Below are positions 57,251 through 64,000 of a stretch of DNA of 64,000 nucleotides, one piece after another. How positions within the stretch are numbered: the first letter of the stretch is position 1; each line of letters starts with the position of its first letter. Source of the stretch: an uncultured virus (IMG/VR IMGVR_UViG_3300046692_000582). Its lineage: Duplodnaviria > Heunggongvirae > Uroviricota > Caudoviricetes. A program made the position numbers and the translations under genes. The notes under the pieces were generated by a model that saw only the letters and a list, made by a program, of their open reading frames with translations, ran no database searches and was not told the DNA's origin. The stretch is taken from IMG/VR virus record IMGVR_UViG_3300046692_000582; one strand, 5' to 3'.

Positions 57251-58024
57251 ATGTATGAGTTGACCGGCATCCAGGCACTTCATGAAGAAGTTGAATACTT
57301 TGATTACGCTGAGTCGATCAAAGATGTTCTCCCTGCCATGCTCATATTGCGTGATTCTGTCCGGGCTGTTCAGGCCGTCATGCTGCGAGCCAAGCAAGCG
57401 CGTGACTCGATTGTTGAACTCAATGCTTCGCGAATTATTCAGCGTCTGCGCGATGAGATGTTTTATCGAACTGAAATCTGCATTCACACCAGTGTATTGG
57501 AGGCGTTGCGGACGCTGCATGGGGAAGACGTGGCTGTCCAGGTGCTGATGCATCACCGTCAGTCAGTTGAACACAAGCGCTCCCGGCTTCCGGCGCAACA
57601 GGTGTTGCCATCCGCCAACTTCCCGAAGCTGAATGCGGGCTGGATTGATCGAATCAAGCAGGTCAAGGCGCTCAGCCATACCGACGCATTTTTCCATGTG
57701 GCCAGAACGACCCCTGACCTTCTTGAGGGCCTGGATATGTGCCGTCGCGCCGTTCATGCAGTGAAGCGAATTCAGATCGAAGCATTGGCAGATCAGTTGC
57801 CAGACGTTGCGTTGCAATGCACATTGATGACGCTCACGCTTAAGGAAGAAATTCGGTGCATTGCCGAGCTACATGGCTCGTCAGCACTCAAGCACTCTCT
57901 AAAGCCGGTGCTTGGTCATGATCGGCGCATGGAAGTCATTCGCTGGACTGAATTGCACAGCCCAATCATTGAAGTTGAGCAGATCAACCTCCAGGGCCGG
58001 GTGAGTTTGAGACGAGCAGGATAG
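57251..58024 (+). CDS. hypothetical protein
   Basis: long helical ORF. Confidence 0.65.
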   Translation: MYELTGIQALHEEVEYFDYAESIKDVLPAMLILRDSVRAVQAVMLRAKQARDSIVELNASRIIQRLRDEMFYRTEICIHTSVLEALRTLHGEDVAVQVLMHHRQSVEHKRSRLPAQQVLPSANFPKLNAGWIDRIKQVKALSHTDAFFHVARTTPDLLEGLDMCRRAVHAVKRIQIEALADQLPDVALQCTLMTLTLKEEIRCIAELHGSSALKHSLKPVLGHDRRMEVIRWTELHSPIIEVEQINLQGRVSLRRAG

Positions 58025-58463
58025 CCTCCCGCTCAGCTCAAGTTTAAGCTGAAGAATCTGAAGGTGAATTGTTAAGCCTGATTTTGTCTGGAGCTACATC
58101 TGTAATCACATTTGTGTGTCTATTTTTAGGCTGATCATCACAATCCTGCCATGTACAATGTGATTGACATTTTATTTATTCATGCCATAATCAGCGTACA
58201 TACGAAAGACAGGTCATTTAAATGTCTGTGATTATTGGCCACAAGTGTCTGCATTGCGGGAAGGAAAAGGGTCGTCATCGTGCACTTACCTATGCGTGCC
58301 CTATTCCATTGAACAGTCGATCATTTCCGCATTTTTCCCCAACAGACGTTTATGAGCCCAATCCTAAAAAGCCGGTGACGGTTCCATTTGTCCTCTGAAT
58401 GATGTCGCAGCGTTTTGCTGCGATTGAGTTACTATTTGGCCATTGATGCCACCCCACAAGGAT

Positions 58464-59042
58464 ATGAACATGACCAAACTCCTTCACGCAAACGGCCCAA
58501 TCGTACAGGACTTGGCCTATGAGGCTGCACGTGCTGCTTGCCAAGTGCTTGATCAGGCCTTTCCGGACAAAGAGGCTGGGGGCATTACCTCTAATTTCCA
58601 GGGGCTGTTGGAGGAAGTCATTATCCACATGCTCAAGGGTCGTTCGGTGCTTGATGCGTCGCGTGGTCACGCCACGTCCCTCAATCGACTGGTGATTGAT
58701 GACTCCGTGTTTGGTGAACCCATGGTGCGTGGCTCGGCATTTTTGGTCACCCTCGGTGTGGATGAAGTCCTGGTGCTTGATCCTGGGCAAGGTGATGCCC
58801 TTCAGATTGAGGACGCTGCCGATCCGTGGTCTGCTTTCCGTCCCATTGAGCAGGCGACCGATGCGTGGATTTCTTTCGAAGTAGCGGCTGAAGCGGCCTT
58901 GAAGTTCTGCCGAATGGCAGGCATGTCGACGTTCGATGTCATCCATTCTCGCATTACGGTGAAGCCGGTTGTGCCTCGCGCCAACGCAGAGTGTGGTTAT
59001 CTGCTCGCTGATCCCTTCAGCAAAACCGAGGAGTCTCGCTAA
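58464..59042 (+). CDS. hypothetical protein
   Basis: AAGGA SD; GITSNFQGLL. Confidence 0.65.
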   Translation: MNMTKLLHANGPIVQDLAYEAARAACQVLDQAFPDKEAGGITSNFQGLLEEVIIHMLKGRSVLDASRGHATSLNRLVIDDSVFGEPMVRGSAFLVTLGVDEVLVLDPGQGDALQIEDAADPWSAFRPIEQATDAWISFEVAAEAALKFCRMAGMSTFDVIHSRITVKPVVPRANAECGYLLADPFSKTEESR

Positions 59043-59566
59043 TGAGTCAGTCGCTGCGCATCCCCAAGCGCCTGTTTCAGGGCGAAGTCATGAACTCAAT
59101 GCTGCTGTCCATGCATGGTTCGTGGGAGCGCCAAAACGAAGCGCTCGACAAATTGGGTTACACTGGTCGCCGGGTTCTTGGTTACAAGTTGCCAGTTTGG
59201 CAGCGAGAAGAAGAGTGGTCGCAAGAGCAGTCCATTCGTTTTATTCAAAGCGTGTATCTGGGCATTGGCTTGGGCACGTTCATGGTCAACCGCTCTTTTC
59301 TGCATGAAGATCTGGATTTGCTGCTGCTGGATGGCCAGCAACGTCTCAGGGCTCTTGAGCGCTACTGGTCGGGCGAGCTGGCCGTTCCGGGCGAGGATGG
59401 TAATGCCTACACATGGAACGAGCTGACCAAGGAAGAGCAAGCTCATTGCTTCCGTATGACCTTTCCATGGATTGACACCAAGTATGAGACTGAGGCCATG
59501 GCGCGTCTGGCTTATAACCTGCTTAACTTTGGTGGCACGCCGCATCGTGAGGATCAGCGCGCTTGA
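59042..59566 (+). CDS. stand-alone DUF262 domain protein
   Basis: LPVWQREEEWS, LLDGQQRL, LNFGG. Confidence 0.8.
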   Translation: MSQSLRIPKRLFQGEVMNSMLLSMHGSWERQNEALDKLGYTGRRVLGYKLPVWQREEEWSQEQSIRFIQSVYLGIGLGTFMVNRSFLHEDLDLLLLDGQQRLRALERYWSGELAVPGEDGNAYTWNELTKEEQAHCFRMTFPWIDTKYETEAMARLAYNLLNFGGTPHREDQRA

Positions 59567-59796
59567 AGAACGAGCAAATCATTGCCGAGTTCGCACGATA
59601 CAGCGAATTCGGCGTATTTGATCTCCAGTGCTTTGCACAGTGGGGATTCAAGCAGGCATCCAGGAAGCTCGAAGAGCTGGTGAGGTCGGGCGATTTTATT
59701 CGCGTGCCCGGTAAGCCTTGGCGCTTTAGCCCTGTTCAAAAGATAACGGCTCGCGAGTTTTTTGCAGCAAATGGAATTTCCATCGTAAAAAAATAA
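59563..59796 (+). CDS. small hypothetical protein
   Basis: TTGA coupling; GAGG SD. Confidence 0.5.
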   Translation: MKNEQIIAEFARYSEFGVFDLQCFAQWGFKQASRKLEELVRSGDFIRVPGKPWRFSPVQKITAREFFAANGISIVKK

Positions 59797-59893
59797 CTTG
59801 GTGGAAAGCCACCTCACACAATCGTCAACTGCATTGACATTAGTGCGCTTGGCATTTATCATTGGCCAATCGAAACCAATTGAGCGAATCGTC

Positions 59894-60232
59894 ATGTTGA
59901 TCGCGGTAGAGTACGAAATATTGCGCAACGTCGAGGCGAACGGAACACGCAAAATTCCTTTGCTCCGCGAACCTGTGCGGGTGGCGACGATTATGGATGA
60001 GGCTGCATTTCTAGAGAAGTCTGAATTGCGGCACAATGAAACCGTCTTTCTTGAAGACAAGCGTAGCGATTGGCAGTGGCTGGATGGAGCTTTCTATTAC
60101 TACAGTCGAGTCGTTGCGATTGGTGATGTTGTCGTTGTTTACGAATTGGTCGAGCGTGTGAATTGCAGCTCCTGCGGGGTTGAACACGACAAAATCAATC
60201 GCAAGCGATTGTGCCAATCTTGCAGCCAATAA
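59894..60232 (+). CDS. hypothetical protein with a C-terminal zinc finger
   Basis: CSSC and CQSC. Confidence 0.6.
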   Translation: MLIAVEYEILRNVEANGTRKIPLLREPVRVATIMDEAAFLEKSELRHNETVFLEDKRSDWQWLDGAFYYYSRVVAIGDVVVVYELVERVNCSSCGVEHDKINRKRLCQSCSQ

Positions 60233-60273
60233 TCGCCGTGCGTACCAATTGAAATTTTCCACGAGGCGTAAAG

Positions 60274-60651
60274 ATGAGCAAGTCCCAGGATAAACAGTTC
60301 ACCATCAAGGTACTACTGACCATTACCGCTAAAGCGGCGAATTATGTGTCGGCCAGACGGGCTACTCGCTCCATGATGGCTCGCATTCGCACGGTGGAGT
60401 CCTACGGCGGTCACGGAAACATGCATGCCTACGTCGGAGTCAAGGGAGCACGCATCGTTCCGGACAAGCTGCTGGATAACGCAGCCTTTGATGCAGATGA
60501 ATTGGGTGACTTGCTGGTGGCCGTGGGTTGCTTGATTGCAACCGATCCAACCATCAAGGATATTCATGATCCAAGTGAGCCTTTGGTGGCCCTTAAGCAC
60601 AAGCTGAGCGCTCAATTGGCTCTGATCCAGGCCAAGGACAAAGCAGCTTAA
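60274..60651 (+). CDS. hypothetical protein
   Basis: GAGG SD. Confidence 0.6.
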   Translation: MSKSQDKQFTIKVLLTITAKAANYVSARRATRSMMARIRTVESYGGHGNMHAYVGVKGARIVPDKLLDNAAFDADELGDLLVAVGCLIATDPTIKDIHDPSEPLVALKHKLSAQLALIQAKDKAA

Positions 60652-60944
60652 CGCTTGGCGCCTTGATACGCCTGCCGAATGATTTCGGCAACGATCTTCA
60701 CCATTCCCTGTCGTTGCGACTCTGACAGTTCGTCCAGCTCAGTGCTAATGCCGGGGCGATCAATCAATTCGTAAAAAATGCCCCGTGCGGCTGTATGAGC
60801 CCAATCAGGAGAGGCTGGTCGAAGACTATCACTCTCTGGACACTCAAAGGCGTGGGCCTCCCCTTCAATTAGTAGTTTACGCGCACGATCTTTCAGCGCC
60901 TTGCTCTCTGCTGATTGTAAATCTGTGATGTTCATTCGGCTCAC
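60648..60944 (-). CDS. hypothetical protein
   Basis: DWAHTAARGI..ELDE..AEIIR motif. Confidence 0.65.
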   Translation of the reverse strand: MSRMNITDLQSAESKALKDRARKLLIEGEAHAFECPESDSLRPASPDWAHTAARGIFYELIDRPGISTELDELSESQRQGMVKIVAEIIRQAYQGAKR

Positions 60945-61128
60945 CTTTTTAAATATTATCAGTGATTCCCTCTCTGCCCGTCAATTCAAGGCTTTTGAAT
61001 TTGTATTTGACAGTTTATGATTTTGTCGATATTATTGTACAAATTACAGAGTAAGCGCTCAATCAAAAAGCTGGTTCGTAGAGCCATGCTGAGTGCCAAC
61101 TGGTTAACGAAATTGAACGGATTATGTC

Positions 61129-61341
61129 ATGAGCAATGAACGCGTTGAGCCTTCGACTTCTTCCCGCCGTCAAGAGCTGGAGCAAAAGCTCAAAGAGCTA
61201 GATTCTCGCTACAACACGGAACGCTGCTTCTGGGGAGCGGACGCGAACCTTTACGGTGTAGATTTCGCCAATGCCTACATTGAAAAAACTGAGAAAGAAA
61301 TAGCTGAAGTCAAACTTGAGCTGGAGGCGCTGCCAGTATGA
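61129..61341 (+). CDS. small coiled-coil protein
   Basis: promoter TTGACA 61007-17-TATTAT with ATTGTACAAA. Confidence 0.6.
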   Translation: MSNERVEPSTSSRRQELEQKLKELDSRYNTERCFWGADANLYGVDFANAYIEKTEKEIAEVKLELEALPV

Positions 61342-61934
61342 ACCATCAAAACAAGCCGACCCTTTCGGTCGAAGGTGCCCAGGGGCTCCTTGCGTTGCTC
61401 GCCGAGATCGATTTGGTGAAAACCGCCGACGATTACCGAGACTTTATAAATGACGTTTGTACGGTTCGCGAGAAGCTGTCTGAGGATATTACGGTTCAAC
61501 TGCGTGCCATTGCTGGCCTGAATGAAAGCGGCAAGGCGGTGCCTGCTGAGGGGCCGGACTACTCCATAGTGTTTTCGCGTGTCGATGAGCTTGTTGCCAA
61601 CGGTGATGGCCGTACCGGCGCCGAAGGAGAGAAGCGGCTGGTCGACGCTGAATCTGCCGAATTTGCCAAAACCTTCCTGAATTCATGCATTGAAGCGGGC
61701 TTGTCTGAGCCTGAAGTCAAAATGAACTCCTCAGACGGCATTGACGTGTTTTGGAAAACAGAAGGCGTCATCGTTCAGGCCGGAATGTTTGTCGACATTC
61801 CGCGCATGGGCCAGAGCTACATGTTCAAAATTGATGGGACACGAGACGGCTGGTACAGCAGCGGAGAGGAAGGCCACCTGATCAATGAAAAAATGATCCA
61901 GGCAGTGCGAGAGTACTTTCCGCGCACCAATTGA
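61338..61934 (+). CDS. hypothetical protein
   Basis: ATGA coupling; GGAGG SD. Confidence 0.7.
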   Translation: MNHQNKPTLSVEGAQGLLALLAEIDLVKTADDYRDFINDVCTVREKLSEDITVQLRAIAGLNESGKAVPAEGPDYSIVFSRVDELVANGDGRTGAEGEKRLVDAESAEFAKTFLNSCIEAGLSEPEVKMNSSDGIDVFWKTEGVIVQAGMFVDIPRMGQSYMFKIDGTRDGWYSSGEEGHLINEKMIQAVREYFPRTN

Positions 61935-61946
61935 ATGTCATCATTA

Positions 61947-61975
61947 TTGACATTTGTACAAAATATCCTTATACT
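61947..61975 (+). promoter_or_regulatory. sigma70 promoter with TTTGTACAAA; near copy of the 6898 promoter
   Basis: TTGACA-TTTGTACAAAATATCCT-TATACT. Confidence 0.85.
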
Positions 61976-62003
61976 GGCACCATCAACAACAGATAGGTGC
62001 CGT

Positions 62004-62246
62004 ATGAACATTCTTAGTGGCGTAGCAACTTCTCTTCGCAACGCAGTGAATCGCGTGAAAGCGTTTGTCGCTGCTCGCCATGAGCATGCGGAAGATCGCG
62101 CTCTGTTCGCCATCGCGTGCGATGATGAGGCCTGTGATCACTACAGAATTGTGCAATCCCAGCTTGAGCTGGCCATTCGCGACATCCGGATTTTCGTTCC
62201 AACGTATGTGCGGGCTTTCGTTAAGTTGCCCCCTGCCGATATTTGA
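62004..62246 (+). CDS. small hypothetical protein
   Basis: AGGT SD after the promoter. Confidence 0.55.
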   Translation: MNILSGVATSLRNAVNRVKAFVAARHEHAEDRALFAIACDDEACDHYRIVQSQLELAIRDIRIFVPTYVRAFVKLPPADI

Positions 62247-62259
62247 TGAGGTCGTAAGC

Positions 62260-62469
62260 ATGAGTTGGCTGTCGGTTAAAGACAATCCGCCCACAATGAC
62301 AAACGATGGCAGTCAGCGCTTCGTTTCAGCGCGAGTGCTGATTAAAGTCGATGGCATCGTGTACATCGGCACACGCTTCACGTTCGATGAGGACGAGGCT
62401 GATGTCACTTGGGCCACCGATGGTGGTTTCACGGTCAAGCCTCAATTGTGGCAGCCACTGCCCCTCTGA
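62260..62469 (+). CDS. DUF551-like small protein
   Basis: MSWLSVKDNPP..WQPLP. Confidence 0.65.
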   Translation: MSWLSVKDNPPTMTNDGSQRFVSARVLIKVDGIVYIGTRFTFDEDEADVTWATDGGFTVKPQLWQPLPL

Positions 62470-62528
62470 TTGCCTTCGCCTGATACGATGGGCTGCTGGC
62501 CCCTGATATGCCCAATTAAGGATCTGTA

Positions 62529-62831
62529 ATGCCTACTGAAAGCACTCTGCCCTCTTCTTTGAAGCCGTCTGATGATGACTTGGCAGCGGCTGTGCGTCAT
62601 ACGCTGGATTGGATTGATAAGGTCCCCAGCGAACTGCCATTGCCCGCCATGCCTGGATTTGATCGCGACTGGGTTGAGAGCTTGCTGATTGGAAATCTTC
62701 AACCGGAAGATGAGCCAATCACGCTCTCGGATGCGCTGTCCATGGCGCTGGAGTGGGTCGATGCAATTCCCCGGAGCATGATGGATGAGTTGCCACCATT
62801 CACTCGGCCTGCGACCGCAAGCCCTCTCTAA
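62529..62831 (+). CDS. hypothetical protein with an internal duplication
   Basis: LDWIDKVP..LPAMPGFDRD and LEWVDAIP..LPPF. Confidence 0.65.
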   Translation: MPTESTLPSSLKPSDDDLAAAVRHTLDWIDKVPSELPLPAMPGFDRDWVESLLIGNLQPEDEPITLSDALSMALEWVDAIPRSMMDELPPFTRPATASPL

Positions 62832-62850
62832 TTATCAGGATGATTACGCC

Positions 62851-63288
62851 ATGCTTGAACACACTCCGCCGTCCATGAGAGCCCTTTCCGGCATTGAACT
62901 TGCCTTGGAGCATGTCAATTTGGTCAAGCCGTTGACCAAACAGGATTTGCTTGGTTTGCAGGGCCAGTGCGTCGACGCTCCTTTGCCGTTTCGTATCCGT
63001 GTGGCGCCTCGTAGTGCGCGCAACGCTATCGAATTGGCAGCCGTGGTCGTGGACAAGGAGGATCTCTGGAATTGGAATAATGAGATCATCTTCATGCTCG
63101 ATGTCACCAAGGGTGGCATCCAAAATATTGAATGCGGTTCTCTTAGAGATCATCAGGACAGTTTTGCTGGTGCCCAAATGATCAGCTTGGCGATGACGGT
63201 GCTTTTGCGTAAAGCGGCTTTTTTCGCAGCCGATTTTGAACGCAGTTTGGTGCAATTTCCTGAAAAGCGCTTCCTGGAGTCGGTGTAA
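62851..63288 (+). CDS. hypothetical protein
   Basis: AGGA SD. Confidence 0.6.
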   Translation: MLEHTPPSMRALSGIELALEHVNLVKPLTKQDLLGLQGQCVDAPLPFRIRVAPRSARNAIELAAVVVDKEDLWNWNNEIIFMLDVTKGGIQNIECGSLRDHQDSFAGAQMISLAMTVLLRKAAFFAADFERSLVQFPEKRFLESV

Positions 63289-63575
63289 TGACTCAGAAAG
63301 TCGATTTGTTGATTTTGACGGGCGGCGGCGCTGAATTGCTTCAGAAAATGGCCCGTACAACTGCTGGTAACGACTTGCTTCAGCGAGCAGCGAGTGTTGT
63401 TCTGCGTGAGGCGTTGGATGACATCACAGTGCATCCTTGTGATGAGGGTGATGACCGTGTGTCGTCCCGCCAGCTTCCGATGTCCATGCAGCAATTGCTG
63501 TTTGCTTTGACGGGATACGAAACGCCAGGAATGGCGCCAATCGAAAACTTGCCGCCCATCAAAACGACATTTTGA
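63288..63575 (+). CDS. hypothetical protein
   Basis: TAATG coupling; GGAG SD. Confidence 0.55.
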   Translation: MTQKVDLLILTGGGAELLQKMARTTAGNDLLQRAASVVLREALDDITVHPCDEGDDRVSSRQLPMSMQQLLFALTGYETPGMAPIENLPPIKTTF

Positions 63576-63661
63576 TTGACTTAAATAACGGTCAACCTAT
63601 AATAAACATCTATGTATATTGGCCTGCCTCATGGCTAGCTTGGCTATTTTTTGGAGTTGCT

Positions 63662-63886
63662 ATGAGCGTGTACTGTAATTGTCGTCAATGCGGCGGCACA
63701 AGCGATTCGATGTGGTGTGAAAGCGGGATGATGGATGCACAGGAATCTGTATGGAAGGCCGAGCGCCGACTGCGCCAGTTCAATTACATCTTGTTTGGCA
63801 TCATTGTCTTGTTTGTGGCCGCTGCAAGCTTTACTTCTCCTGAGCGCCCGCCTCAACCTGCAAATGCAGCCCATGCCAGTCGATAA
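63662..63886 (+). CDS. small zinc-finger membrane protein
   Basis: GGAG SD; CRQC; TM helix; promoter TTGACT..TATAAT. Confidence 0.55.
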   Translation: MSVYCNCRQCGGTSDSMWCESGMMDAQESVWKAERRLRQFNYILFGIIVLFVAAASFTSPERPPQPANAAHASR

Positions 63887-64000
63887 CAAGGATATTTGAA
63901 CAAGCTTGAATCCCCTGTGTTTGCTGACACTGAAGCGGTCAAGTGCCCGATTTGCAGCTTGTTCAAATATCCTTGCAAAACCATCGGCAGCACACCATTT

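Noticed and set aside
1..64000. CRISPR array, IS elements, phage structural genes, replication or transfer genes
   Set aside because: No repeat-spacer array or recognisable hallmark protein found, so plasmid versus phage identity remains an inference.

Overview
Accessory region of a large mobile element, most likely a Pseudomonas-type megaplasmid (a jumbo phage cannot be excluded). I recognised no replication, conjugation, integrase, transposase, capsid or CRISPR genes. It carries roughly 100 short, mostly hypothetical genes in small operons, each behind a near-consensus sigma70 promoter. Recognisable genes: tRNA-Leu(GAG), rnhA, sohB, lepB, a DUF2790 protein, a DUF1778/GNAT toxin-antitoxin pair with a degenerate toxin, orphan Panacea (DUF4065) and YefM antitoxins, a CI-like XRE regulator next to an HExxH protein, and stand-alone DUF262/ParB-fold proteins. 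The most notable signal is a ~170-185 nt non-coding leader present twice (about 5734-5907 + and 22866-23048 -), each time in front of a paralogous ~280-295 aa gene. The two copies show compensatory base-pair changes in several stems around invariant loops, which points to an unannotated structured RNA/protein module. A second signal is the palindrome TTTGTACAAA, which recurs at promoters across the window and suggests a window-wide regulon. All family assignments are by eye; no database searches were run.
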